DNA of 64,000 nucleotides from an uncultured Actinomycetota bacterium. GTDB lineage: Bacteria > Actinomycetota > Acidimicrobiia > Spongiisociales > UBA4744. Within the stretch, counting starts at the first letter, position 1. Every line of letters starts with the position of its first letter. Made by a program: the position numbers and the translations under genes. Under the pieces are notes generated by a model that saw only the letters and a list, made by a program, of their open reading frames with translations, had not been told where the DNA came from and ran no database searches. Shown one piece after another: positions 48,427 through 58,207 of the stretch. Where the stretch lies: the NCBI GenBank assembly GCA_963723165.1, contig CAVRPP010000013.1:25103-89102 (forward strand). The letters are read 5' to 3'.

Positions 48427-50907
48427 GTGTTTGAACGGTTTACAGATCGGGCACGCAGAGTCGTGGTTCTCGCCCAGGAAGAAGCGCGCCTTCTCAATCA
48501 CAACTACATCGGAACCGAACACATCCTCCTGGGCCTGATCCACGAGGGCGAAGGGGTTGCTGCAAAGGGCCTCGAGTCGCTCGGCATCAGCCTTGATTCG
48601 GTTCGCACCCAGGTCGTCGAGATCATCGGCCAGGGACAGCAATCGCCCAGCGGGCACATTCCCTTCACTCCGCGGGCTAAGAAGGTTCTCGAATTGAGCT
48701 TGCGGGAAGCTCTCCAACTCGGGCACAACTACATCGGGACCGAACACATCCTCCTCGGCCTCATTCGAGAGGGTGAAGGGGTGGCCGCCCAGGTCCTTCA
48801 GAAGCTGGGCGCCGACCTGCCAAAGGTGCGGCAAACGGTCATCCAGCTGCTGTCGGGGGCTCCATCCGAGGAGCAGACGGCGGGCACCGGTGGACGCGGC
48901 GAAAGCGGTCCCTCGGGTTCGACGGTATTGGACCAGTTCGGCCGGAACCTCACGCAAATGGCGCGCGATCGCAAGCTCGACCCGGTGATCGGCCGTCTCC
49001 GCGAGATCGAACGGGTCATGCAGATTCTGTCCCGTCGCACCAAGAACAACCCGGTGTTGATCGGGGAGCCCGGAGTGGGCAAGACTGCCATCGTCGAGGG
49101 CCTCGCTCAGAGGATCGTCAGCGGTGAAGTACCCGAGACGCTTGAAGGCAAACAGGTCTACACGCTCGACCTGGGTGCTCTGGTAGCGGGATCCCGTTAC
49201 CGGGGCGATTTCGAGGAACGGCTCAAGAAGGTTCTCAAGGAGATCCGCACCCGCGGTGACATCCTGCTCTTCATCGATGAGATCCACACGCTGGTCGGGG
49301 CGGGAGCCGCCGAAGGCGCCATCGACGCAGCCAGCATTCTCAAGCCGATGCTGGCCCGTGGTGAGCTGCAGACCATCGGCGCGACCACGCTCGAGGAATA
49401 CCGGAAGTACCTCGAAAAGGATTCCGCCCTGGAACGGCGCTTCCAACCCATCCAGGTCGATGAGCCGACGGTGGCCGACACGATCCAGATCCTGGACGGA
49501 TTGAAGGACCGTTATGAGGCCCACCACAATGTTCGATTCACCCAGGGCGCTCTGGTCAGCGCCGCCAACCTCGCCGACCGCTACATCTCCGACCGCCACC
49601 TCCCGGATAAGGCCATCGACCTGATCGACGAGGCCGGCAGCCGGATGCGGATCAATCGCACCGGGGCAACCCCCGAACTGAAAGAACTCGACGAGCAGCT
49701 GACCGGTATTCGTACTCAGAAAACCGAAGCCGTGCAGTCCCAGCAATTCGAGCGGGCCGCCCAATTGCGCGATCAGGAGCGTTCGCTCATCGCCGATCGC
49801 GCCGAGCGGGAACGTGAGCAGAAAGCAGCCGGAATAACCAACGACTGGGTCATAGACGAAGAAGAGATCGCCGAGGTCCTGGCGCTGTGGACCGGCATCC
49901 CCGTCCACCGTCTGACCGAAGAAGAAACTGCCCGCCTCGTCAACATGGAAGCGGAACTGCACAAGCGCATCGTCGGTCAGCACGACGCCATCGTGGCCGT
50001 CTCCAAGGCCATTCGGAGGACCCGGGCCGGATTGAAGGACCCGAAGCGTCCTTCTGGTTCGTTCATCTTCCTGGGCCCATCGGGAGTCGGCAAGACCGAG
50101 ACCGCCAAGACGCTGGCTGAGTTCCTCTTCGGTGACGAAAACGCTCTCATTCAGCTTGACATGTCGGAGTACATGGAGAAGCACACGGTCAGCCGGTTGG
50201 TCGGTTCCCCGCCCGGTTACGTCGGTTACGACGAGGGCGGACAGCTGACCGAGGCTGTGCGGCGCAAGCCGTTCTCAGTCGTGCTGTTCGATGAGATTGA
50301 AAAGGCCCACCCGGATGTTTTCAACACACTGTTGCAGATCCTCGAAGACGGTCGGTTGACCGACGCCCAAGGGCGCATGGTCGACTTCAAAAACACCGTC
50401 ATCATCATGACCTCCAACCTCGGTACCGCCGACCTCCGCAAGAAGACGGTCGGGTTCGTGGCCGAAGGGGAGGACGTGAGCTACGAGGCGATGAAGACGA
50501 AGGTGACCGATCAGCTCAAGAAGCATTTCCGTCCCGAGTTCCTCAACCGTATCGACGAGGTCATCGTCTTCCACGAGTTGACCCTGGATGAGGTCAAGGA
50601 AATTGTCGATCTCATGCTGGTCCGGGTTCACGACCAGCTGAAGTCCCAAGGCCTGTCGCTGGCCCTGTCGGACGCGGCCAAAGTTCACCTGTCCGAGAAG
50701 GGCTACGACCCCGAACTCGGGGCTCGTCCGTTGCGACGGGCAATTCAACGCATGCTGGAAGACCCCTTGTCGGAGCGAGTGCTGTTGGGCGACTTCAAAG
50801 CCGGCATCACGATCGTGGTGGACTTCGACGAAGAGACCGGAGAGCTGGTCTTCGAAGAGGTCGAAGCACCCGACCAGCCGCCCGTCGAGATGGCAGAGAG
50901 CGAATAG
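48427..50907 (+). CDS. clpC: ATP-dependent Clp protease ATPase subunit ClpC
   Basis: [21 protein letters not shown], two N-domain repeats, [23 protein letters not shown]. Confidence 0.97.
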   Translation: MFERFTDRARRVVVLAQEEARLLNHNYIGTEHILLGLIHEGEGVAAKGLESLGISLDSVRTQVVEIIGQGQQSPSGHIPFTPRAKKVLELSLREALQLGHNYIGTEHILLGLIREGEGVAAQVLQKLGADLPKVRQTVIQLLSGAPSEEQTAGTGGRGESGPSGSTVLDQFGRNLTQMARDRKLDPVIGRLREIERVMQILSRRTKNNPVLIGEPGVGKTAIVEGLAQRIVSGEVPETLEGKQVYTLDLGALVAGSRYRGDFEERLKKVLKEIRTRGDILLFIDEIHTLVGAGAAEGAIDAASILKPMLARGELQTIGATTLEEYRKYLEKDSALERRFQPIQVDEPTVADTIQILDGLKDRYEAHHNVRFTQGALVSAANLADRYISDRHLPDKAIDLIDEAGSRMRINRTGATPELKELDEQLTGIRTQKTEAVQSQQFERAAQLRDQERSLIADRAEREREQKAAGITNDWVIDEEEIAEVLALWTGIPVHRLTEEETARLVNMEAELHKRIVGQHDAIVAVSKAIRRTRAGLKDPKRPSGSFIFLGPSGVGKTETAKTLAEFLFGDENALIQLDMSEYMEKHTVSRLVGSPPGYVGYDEGGQLTEAVRRKPFSVVLFDEIEKAHPDVFNTLLQILEDGRLTDAQGRMVDFKNTVIIMTSNLGTADLRKKTVGFVAEGEDVSYEAMKTKVTDQLKKHFRPEFLNRIDEVIVFHELTLDEVKEIVDLMLVRVHDQLKSQGLSLALSDAAKVHLSEKGYDPELGARPLRRAIQRMLEDPLSERVLLGDFKAGITIVVDFDEETGELVFEEVEAPDQPPVEMAESE

Positions 50908-51079
50908 GCGAAGCGAAGCCTCGCAGTTTCCAGTCGGGCGGCCCTCCGGGGCCGCCCTTCCAGTTCCCAGTGTCCCGCCCCCCTGACGAGCGAAGCTCGT
51001 CGCACTGGGGGGAGTTGTCGGGCCCAAGGGGGGTTGGTTCCCACCAAGCTGGTGACGGGTGACTGGTGACTGATTACTG
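50908..51079. repeat. Composite intergenic repeat (GGGCGGCCC hairpin, double-hairpin module, heptamers)
   Basis: GGGCGGCCC-TCCG-GGGCCGCCC at 50936-50957; GACGAGC gaa GCTCGTC at 50985-51001; CTGGTGA CGGGTGA CTGGTGA CTGATTA at 51049-51076. Confidence 0.8.
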
Positions 51080-51088
51080 TCTCGGCAC

Positions 51089-51712
51089 ATGAACCGACCC
51101 CTTCGTGCTTTCCTCCTAGTGGCGTCCGCCTACATCGCTGCGCAGATGCTGGCCGACATTGCCAGCTTGCGAATCATCTCCGTCGCCGGGTTTGCCGTCG
51201 ATGCCGGAACGCTGGTCTATCCGTTCACGTTCACGCTGAGGGACCTCGTGCACAAGATCGCCGGGAAAAGCGCCGCCCGGACGTTGATCTTCGCTGCCGC
51301 GCTCATCAACCTGGCCATGGCCGGTCTGTTCTGGGTCGTGTCGCAACTCCCGGCCGACCTGGCCACCGGTCCCCAAACGACTTTCGGCGAAGTGCTCGCT
51401 CCGGTGTGGAGGATTGTGCTGGCCTCGATTGTGGCGGAGGTCGTCTCGGAACTGGTCGACACGGAGGTCTACCAACGGTGGGTTGACAGGTTCCGTGAGC
51501 GTCACCAGTGGGGGAGAGTGCTGGCGTCGAATTCGATTGCGGTCCCGCTTGATTCGGTGTTGTTTGTGTCGATCGCTTTCATCGGCGTACTGCCGTCGGC
51601 CGTCGTATGGGAGGTCTTCTGGGTGAATGTTGTAATCAAAGGGTTGGTGACGCTCATTTCCATTCCGTGGATCTATCTGGTGCGGCCTACTCCGCTTGAA
51701 GTCCCAACCTGA
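51089..51712 (+). CDS. Queuosine precursor transporter (YhhQ/Vut_1 family)
   Basis: GTLVYPFTF...D, RIVLAS..A..VSE..D, R...SN...LDS.LF..IAF. Confidence 0.88.
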   Translation: MNRPLRAFLLVASAYIAAQMLADIASLRIISVAGFAVDAGTLVYPFTFTLRDLVHKIAGKSAARTLIFAAALINLAMAGLFWVVSQLPADLATGPQTTFGEVLAPVWRIVLASIVAEVVSELVDTEVYQRWVDRFRERHQWGRVLASNSIAVPLDSVLFVSIAFIGVLPSAVVWEVFWVNVVIKGLVTLISIPWIYLVRPTPLEVPT

Positions 51713-51827
51713 GGTTGTCGCCTGGATACTGCCCAGTCCGGATTCGGATTCAGCGCGTCTTTCGGGTTACTACACTTACGGTGGTGGAAGAGTCCACGAT
51801 CAACCTCAAATGGGAGGGTTCTTGAAA

Positions 51828-52850
51828 ATGCGAAAAATAGTGCTTTTGCTCGTCGTTCTCGCCATGGTCGCAACTGCTTGCGGCGACGGTGACGGCGGCG
51901 GCGGCGAAGATACGTTCCTGGCCTGCCAGGTGACGGATACCGGAGGCATCGACGACGCCTCGTTTAATGCGACGGCCTACAAGGGCATGTTGCAGGCCGA
52001 GGACGAGCTTGGCGTTGAGATCAAGTTCGTTGAGTCGCAGTCCGAGGTGGATTTTGTGCCGAATATTCAGTCGATGATCGCCGAGGATTGCGACATCGTC
52101 ATAACGGTCGGGTTCCTGTTGGGTGATGCCACCGACGAGCAGGCTGCTGCCAACCCGGACACACTGTTCGTGGGATTGGATCAATTCCCGGCCGAACCTC
52201 CCGCCAACCTGAGGGGTTACGGCTACGCCACCAACGAACCGGCGTTCCTAGCGGGCTACCTGTCTGCCGGAATGACTACGACCGGAAAGATTGCCACGTT
52301 TGGCGGCATCGATATCGGTGCTCCGGTGACCGACTTCATGGACGGCTTTGTGTGGGGAGCCGAGTACTACAACGCCCAGAAGGGCACCAACGTCGAGGTG
52401 CTCGGGTGGAATCCCGACACGAAGGAAGGCGTCTTCGTTGGCAACTTCGATCTCAAGGAAGACGGCCGCTCAACCGGTCAGAGCTTTGCGGACGAGGGTG
52501 CTGACATCGTTCTGCCGGTAGCCGGCCCGGTTGGTGAAGGTACGGCGGCCCTGGCGATCGAACGAGGCGACATGCTTATTGTTGGCGTCGACGCCGACTG
52601 GTTCGAGACGGTGCCGACGGCAAAGAGCGTGATTCTCACGTCGATCCTGAAGAAACTGGACGAATCGGTCTTCGATTCCATCAAGGCTGCGCAGGACGGT
52701 ACGTTCACCTCCGGCCAGTTCTTTGGAGGCGGTGGACTGACCCCGTACCACGATCTCGATTCGGAGGTACCCCAGGAGCTGAAGGACGAGATCGAAGATC
52801 TTGCTTCCCAGATCAACCTCGGCTCGCTGGACGTCAGTAACGCCGGTTAA
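51828..52850 (+). CDS. BMP-family ABC substrate-binding lipoprotein (nucleoside type)
   Basis: ATAC lipobox, DTGGIDDASFN, FLAGYL, GADIV.PVAG, VGVDAD. Confidence 0.92.
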   Translation: MRKIVLLLVVLAMVATACGDGDGGGGEDTFLACQVTDTGGIDDASFNATAYKGMLQAEDELGVEIKFVESQSEVDFVPNIQSMIAEDCDIVITVGFLLGDATDEQAAANPDTLFVGLDQFPAEPPANLRGYGYATNEPAFLAGYLSAGMTTTGKIATFGGIDIGAPVTDFMDGFVWGAEYYNAQKGTNVEVLGWNPDTKEGVFVGNFDLKEDGRSTGQSFADEGADIVLPVAGPVGEGTAALAIERGDMLIVGVDADWFETVPTAKSVILTSILKKLDESVFDSIKAAQDGTFTSGQFFGGGGLTPYHDLDSEVPQELKDEIEDLASQINLGSLDVSNAG

Positions 52851-52872
52851 TTCGAGATAACAACCAACTACG

Positions 52873-52907
52873 AGAAAGCCCCCTCTGCTCGGAGGGGGCT
52901 TTCTTTC
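52873..52907 (+). terminator. Rho-independent terminator-like hairpin after the BMP gene
   Basis: AGAAAGCCCCCTC/GAGGGGGCTTTCT stem followed by T-rich tail. Confidence 0.8.
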
Positions 52908-52943
52908 GTCTAGGCTGCTCGTACGGTCGGCACTGGAGGATGT

Positions 52944-54452
52944 GTGGAACTCGAGTTGCGAGGTATCACGAAGCGGTTTCCGGGGGTGTTGGCCAGCGAT
53001 CATGTCGATCTTTCTATCAAGTCGGGAGAGATCCTCTGTCTCCTCGGCGAGAACGGGGCCGGCAAGAGCACGCTGATGAACATTCTCTACGGTTTGTATT
53101 CGGCCGACGAGGGGGAGATCCTCATCGATGGGGAGCTCCAGGAATTCGCCGGTCCCGGCGACGCTATCGCCGCTGGCATCGGGATGGTCCATCAACACTT
53201 CATGCTGGTGCCGGTCTTCTCCGTTGCCGAGAATGTGGTCCTCGGGGTGGAGCCAACCGGTCGCGGTGGGGTCATAGACATGAAGGCCGCCCGACAGGAC
53301 GTCCGCGAGATATCCAGCAAGTACGGGCTCGAGGTGGATCCTGAAGCCATCATCGAAGATCTTCCGGTAGGCATCCAACAGCGAGTGGAGATCATCAAGG
53401 TGCTGTTCCGAGAGGCGGAGGTCATCATTTTTGACGAACCTACCGCCGTGCTCACCCCCCAGGAAGTAGAAGATTTCTTCGGCATCGTCCGGTCTCTGGT
53501 AGATGCCGGTAAGGCAATCGTCTTCATCACGCACAAGCTCAAAGAGGTACTCGGGATTGCCGACCGCATCGCCGTGCTGCGGCGTGGGGCGATCGTTGGT
53601 GAGGCCATTCCCGGTGAAGTGACGGAGTCGGAGCTAGCCGAAATGATGGTTGGTCGACCGGTCGAACTCGTCGTATTCAAGGAGGAGGCAGCTCCCGACG
53701 AGGCGGTCCTGGAGGTCAAGGATCTCGTTGTGCTCGACGACCGCAACCATCCGGTAGTAGATGAGGTTTCTTTCACCGTTCGGTCTGGTGAGATCGTCGG
53801 CATCGCCGGTGTGCAGGGCAACGGTCAAACCGAGCTGGTTGAGTCGCTGACCGGTCTGCGACAGGCGCTTTCCGGTTCGATCGAGCTGCTGGGGCACAAC
53901 ATCGCGGGAGTCACGCCCCGTGAGATCCATGATCGCTTGGTAGCCCACGTTCCCGAGGATCGTCAACGAATGGGTCTCGTCCTCCCCTTCACGGTCAAGG
54001 AAAACATGGTGCTGGACTCGTATTATCTCGAGCCTTTCTCTCGAGGGGTTCGAATGGATTGGGATGCTGTGGAGGAGGCGGCCACCGGCCTGGTCGAAGA
54101 ATACGACGTCCGCACGCCGTCGATCGAGGTCCAGGTGTCCGACTTGTCAGGTGGCAACCAGCAGAAGGTCATCGTGGCGCGGGAATTCTCTCGAGATGTC
54201 AAGTTGATCGTCGCTGCGCAACCAACGCGAGGGGTCGATGTGGGCTCCATTGAGTACATCCACGAACGCATTGTCAAGGAACGAGATGGGGGCGCGGCCG
54301 TCCTGGTCGTTTCCACAGAGTTGGATGAGGTAATGGCCCTTTCGGATCGGATCTTGGTGATGTTCCGCGGAAAGATCATCGCCGAACGGCGGCCCGACGA
54401 GACCTCAACGACCGAACTCGGATTGTTTATGGCGGGAGCGGGAATCGAATGA
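52944..54452 (+). CDS. Nucleoside/sugar (CUT2) ABC transporter ATP-binding protein
   Basis: GENGAGKST, DEPT, LSGGNQQK; two fused domains. Confidence 0.95.
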   Translation: MELELRGITKRFPGVLASDHVDLSIKSGEILCLLGENGAGKSTLMNILYGLYSADEGEILIDGELQEFAGPGDAIAAGIGMVHQHFMLVPVFSVAENVVLGVEPTGRGGVIDMKAARQDVREISSKYGLEVDPEAIIEDLPVGIQQRVEIIKVLFREAEVIIFDEPTAVLTPQEVEDFFGIVRSLVDAGKAIVFITHKLKEVLGIADRIAVLRRGAIVGEAIPGEVTESELAEMMVGRPVELVVFKEEAAPDEAVLEVKDLVVLDDRNHPVVDEVSFTVRSGEIVGIAGVQGNGQTELVESLTGLRQALSGSIELLGHNIAGVTPREIHDRLVAHVPEDRQRMGLVLPFTVKENMVLDSYYLEPFSRGVRMDWDAVEEAATGLVEEYDVRTPSIEVQVSDLSGGNQQKVIVAREFSRDVKLIVAAQPTRGVDVGSIEYIHERIVKERDGGAAVLVVSTELDEVMALSDRILVMFRGKIIAERRPDETSTTELGLFMAGAGIE

Positions 54453-55687
54453 GCGATCACATAGAGCCGACCGAGTCGAACCTCGAAGTCCCATCCGAAC
54501 CGGAGAGTCCGGACGACAAGAGCTTCCGGGGGAAGTTCTGGGAGCAGCTATCGGGGATCGGAGCCGATTGGCAGTCGTTGATTCTGGTACCCATATTGGC
54601 CGTCTTCAGTGCACTGGTGATCGGCGCCTTCATTATTGCGGTCTCGACGGTTGATCTGCTCGAACTCTGGGGTGAATCGCCGGGGGAGGCCATCACCGAG
54701 ACTTTTCGGACCATCGGTGAAGCTTATGCCGGTTTGTTTGAGGGTGCCTTTGGCTCAGTAGGCGCAGTTTCTGAGACGTTGACCGCCGCCACTCCGTTGA
54801 TCTTGGCCGGTCTGGCCGTGGCTATTGGATTCCGGGCCGGTTTGTTCAACATTGGAGCCGAAGGCCAGATGTTGATCGGCGGCTTGAGTGCGCTTATGGT
54901 CGGGTTCTCGTTCGAGGGTCTTCCCATCTTCATCCATCTGCCGTTGGCCATCATCGCTGGGATCATCGGTGGGGCGATCTGGGGTGGTTTCCCCGGTTGG
55001 CTCCGAGCCAAGACGGGAGCGCACGAGGTCATCACCACCATCATGCTGAACTGGATAGCCATTCGATTTGTCGAGTGGGCCTTGAAAACTCCGTTCATCC
55101 AGGCAGAGGGAAGGACTGATCCGATCTCCAAGAGCGTCCTGGATTCGGCTCGGTTCCCCAAGCTGTTTGGGGCGTCTTATCGCGTACACGTGGGGATTAT
55201 CCTCGCCCTACTGGTGGCCTGGTTCGCTTACTGGCTGCTCTTCAAATCAACCATCGGGTACGAGTTTCGGGCGGTCGGCTACAACCCCGACGGTGCCCGC
55301 TATGCCGGGATCAGCGTGACCCGCGCCTACGTCCTGGTGATGGCTGTGGCCGGCGCCATGGCAGGGATTGCGGGGGCCAATCAGGTCCTGGGCGTACTCC
55401 ACCGCGGTTCTCCAGGTTTCTCAGCTTCGATTGGTTTTGACGCTATCGCATTGGCGCTCCTGGGGAGGTCTCATCCCTTCGGGGTCGTCCTGGCCGGCTT
55501 GCTCTTCGGGGCTCTCAAAGCTGGTGGTTTGAAGATGCAGGCAGCCAGCTCGGTTGGCATCGATCTGGTCACGATCGTCCAAGCCCTGGTGATTGTTTTC
55601 ATTGCTGCCCCCGCCTTGATCCGAGCCGTCTTCCGGGTAAAAGCCGGCAAGGGTGCGGAACAGCTGACGAAAGGATGGTCGGCATGA
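54449..55687 (+). CDS. Nucleoside ABC transporter permease
   Basis: FNIGAEGQ, HEVITTIMLN, GYEFRAVG.N...ARYAG, GFDAIALALLG. Confidence 0.93.
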   Translation: MSDHIEPTESNLEVPSEPESPDDKSFRGKFWEQLSGIGADWQSLILVPILAVFSALVIGAFIIAVSTVDLLELWGESPGEAITETFRTIGEAYAGLFEGAFGSVGAVSETLTAATPLILAGLAVAIGFRAGLFNIGAEGQMLIGGLSALMVGFSFEGLPIFIHLPLAIIAGIIGGAIWGGFPGWLRAKTGAHEVITTIMLNWIAIRFVEWALKTPFIQAEGRTDPISKSVLDSARFPKLFGASYRVHVGIILALLVAWFAYWLLFKSTIGYEFRAVGYNPDGARYAGISVTRAYVLVMAVAGAMAGIAGANQVLGVLHRGSPGFSASIGFDAIALALLGRSHPFGVVLAGLLFGALKAGGLKMQAASSVGIDLVTIVQALVIVFIAAPALIRAVFRVKAGKGAEQLTKGWSA

Positions 55688-56955
55688 GCGCTACCACGGC
55701 ACCCGCCGCCCTGGCTGAGCTCAGAACCCCGGCCGAGATTCGCAGAGCTCGGATCATCGGGATCATCTATTTGGTGCTGGCCGCGTTCGTGCTGTTTGTC
55801 TTTGCGGTTGGTACCGAAGGAAACTCGACGTTTGGTTTGGCTCGGGCGGGCGACCGTTTCGCGAACTTCCCTGATCTGGTGTTGCCGTCGGCCGGCCTTG
55901 GGTATACAACCGCCGCAGTGCTGGCCTTCTTCGGAGGGATCCAGCTGACCCGCGGGTTCGGTAAGCGATCGACCCTGGTACTGGGAATCGGACTGCTGCT
56001 CTTTATCTTTGCCTTTCTCGGATGGGCGGCGGCCGGCAAGGAGTTCAGCCTGGTCGGCATGTTGCAGTTGTCGGTGACCAAGAGTGTCCCGATCACCTTT
56101 GGTGCTTTGTCCGGGGTGATGTGCGAGCGGGTGGCCGTTATCAATATCGGCATCGAGGGCATGTTGCTCGGCGGTGCCTTCATGGGGGCTTTGATAGGAT
56201 CCAGCCTGGGTCCCTGGGTGGGCATACTGGCCGGGATGGTGACCGGAGGCGTTTTGGCACTGGGTCTGGCCGTACTGGCCATTCGCTATCGGGTGGACCA
56301 GATCATCGCCGGGGTCGTGATCAACATCTTTGCCCTGGGGCTCACTTCGTTCCTCACCTCACAGATCCTCGTGCGCAACCCTGAACTCAACGATGTGCGG
56401 ATCCTGGCTCCGTACAAGGTCCCTTTTCTGGGTGATATTCCGGTGATCGGGCCGATTCTCTTCGACCACAACTTCTTCGTTTATGCCATGTTTGCGCTGG
56501 TCGGAGTGATGACTTTCGGGTTGTTCCGCACACGGTGGGGGCTGCGATCCCGGGCCGTCGGCGAGCACCCCAAAGCCGCCGACACGGTCGGCATCAACGT
56601 ATTCAAGCTTCGCTACTGGAACGTCATGCTGGGTGGGCTCATCGCCGGCATGGGTGGAGCGTTCTTCACGATCGGCTCCTCGGGGAGCTTCGACGAGAAC
56701 ATGACGGGCGGCCGTGGCTTCATCGGTCTGGCGGCCATGATCTTCGGGCGTTGGCACCCGGTTGGTGCCCTGGGTGCTGGTCTGGTGTTCGGATTCGCCG
56801 ACTCGCTTCAGAACAAGCTGGCGATCCTGCAAACACCTATCCCAGGCGAGTTCTTGCTGATGGCGCCCTACATCGTCACGATGATCGTGGTGGCCGGTCT
56901 GGTCGGGAAAGCCCGGCCACCCGCAGCCGACGGCCAGCCCTATGTGAAGGAGTGA
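55684..56955 (+). CDS. Nucleoside ABC transporter permease
   Basis: ER..VINIGIEG, GLRSRAVGEHPKAADTVG, GRGFIGLAAMIFGRW. Confidence 0.93.
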   Translation: MSATTAPAALAELRTPAEIRRARIIGIIYLVLAAFVLFVFAVGTEGNSTFGLARAGDRFANFPDLVLPSAGLGYTTAAVLAFFGGIQLTRGFGKRSTLVLGIGLLLFIFAFLGWAAAGKEFSLVGMLQLSVTKSVPITFGALSGVMCERVAVINIGIEGMLLGGAFMGALIGSSLGPWVGILAGMVTGGVLALGLAVLAIRYRVDQIIAGVVINIFALGLTSFLTSQILVRNPELNDVRILAPYKVPFLGDIPVIGPILFDHNFFVYAMFALVGVMTFGLFRTRWGLRSRAVGEHPKAADTVGINVFKLRYWNVMLGGLIAGMGGAFFTIGSSGSFDENMTGGRGFIGLAAMIFGRWHPVGALGAGLVFGFADSLQNKLAILQTPIPGEFLLMAPYIVTMIVVAGLVGKARPPAADGQPYVKE

Positions 56956-57121
56956 GCTCGCTGCGCTCGCAGTTATTAGTTGTCAGTCGGGCGGCCCCTT
57001 GGGGCCGCCCTGTCAGTGCTCAGCTGGTTGACCAAACGGTCCAGCCGTTGGTTGTCACCACCAGAGATGAGGCTCTTCCCTGATGACTGATGACTGACAA
57101 CCGCAGCGCCCGAGGCGCTGC
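56956..57121. repeat. Composite intergenic repeat between convergent genes
   Basis: CAGTTATTAGTTGTCAGTC, GGGCGGCCCC-TT-GGGGCCGCCC at 56989-57010, CTGATGA CTGATGA CTGACAA at 57080-57100, GCAGCGCC/GGCGCTGC hairpin. Confidence 0.75.
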
Positions 57122-57123
57122 TG

Positions 57124-58032
57124 CTATCCCGCCGGGCGTCCGTAGAACTCGAACTCGTCGATGGCCAGTTCGTTGAACGGGGTCTCACCGGTGACCGCCT
57201 CAGCCGCAAAGGTACTGGTCACCCGGAAGGTGAGCTGACGGGTCCGGAGTGTCGCCAGCAAAATGAGCTGTGATCGGTTGTCGTCGTCGAGTTGATCGAT
57301 GAACGGGCGATCCGGCAGGTCATCGGTGACGATTTCGAACCCCTTGACGCGATAGTTCTTCCTGAAGCTGTCGTCGTCGACCACGTTCTTGAAGACGATC
57401 TGTTCAATAGCGATCGGCTCCGAGAATGTGAATTCGATGAAGGCGTCCCGTCCCTGGGCCGACTGGTCGTTCCAGTAACGGTCGGTCCCGTCCACGAGGT
57501 TGTCGCACGCGAATGAGCCCGAAGAGGTCTCCAGTGTGCTGGAACAGGTCACCGAGATGGGAACGACCTGCTGGGAACTGGCCGCGGGTTGGGTTGTGGA
57601 GGTGGTGGAAGTGTCGTCGGGCGCCGGATCGTCGCTGCTCCCAAAAATGGCATTCCAGGCGAAGGCCAGCACCGCCACTACCGCTACCACCCCGAGAATG
57701 ACCGCGAGGGCGCGGGCGCCGGCTGTGGTCCTGATCATGGGTTGGGGAGCGACCGGCAGGGGGCCCTGGGTGATGCGAGCTCCGCACTCCTCGCAGTGCC
57801 GGTTGTGATCGGGGTTGGCCGCCCCGCACGAGGGACAGTTGATCAGCTGGCGGATGGGCGCCGCGGCGGGCACGTCGACATAAGGATCGTCGTCATCGAC
57901 CGGAGGCGAGTCCCCCAACGTGAACTCTTCAAAATGGGTTTCGTCGAGGGGATCAACCCATTGCCCGCAGTCGGGACAGAACTGCTGATCTTCGAAGTTG
58001 GCTCCGCAATTACTGCAGGTCTGCTGCGTCAA
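57124..58032 (-). CDS. Zinc-ribbon membrane protein with discoidin/galactose-binding-like external domain
   Basis: Four CxxC pairs, TM helix, Thr-rich linker, NLVDG...WN, IEFTF, LAIDEFEFYG. Confidence 0.75.
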   Translation of the reverse strand: MTQQTCSNCGANFEDQQFCPDCGQWVDPLDETHFEEFTLGDSPPVDDDDPYVDVPAAAPIRQLINCPSCGAANPDHNRHCEECGARITQGPLPVAPQPMIRTTAGARALAVILGVVAVVAVLAFAWNAIFGSSDDPAPDDTSTTSTTQPAASSQQVVPISVTCSSTLETSSGSFACDNLVDGTDRYWNDQSAQGRDAFIEFTFSEPIAIEQIVFKNVVDDDSFRKNYRVKGFEIVTDDLPDRPFIDQLDDDNRSQLILLATLRTRQLTFRVTSTFAAEAVTGETPFNELAIDEFEFYGRPAG

Positions 58033-58207
58033 AAGACATCCTTCCTCGTCCGCGGTATTGTGCCACGTGCGTGAGCTACTTTGTGATCAGAACGGTAGAG
58101 ACTTGGTCGGCCGGCAGTATTCTTGGTGCGCTGCTGCTGTTGGCCATCGTGATCAGCATCATAACGGCCGGCTTTTTCGTCACTCGTAACCGATAGCATC
58201 CCGTCCC

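Noticed and set aside
47194-50184. 996-aa minus-strand ORF appearing to fuse a long N-terminus to polyprenyl synthase
   Set aside because: Most of it is the antisense shadow of clpC, common in high-GC DNA; the synthase has its own RBS and ATG at 48189.
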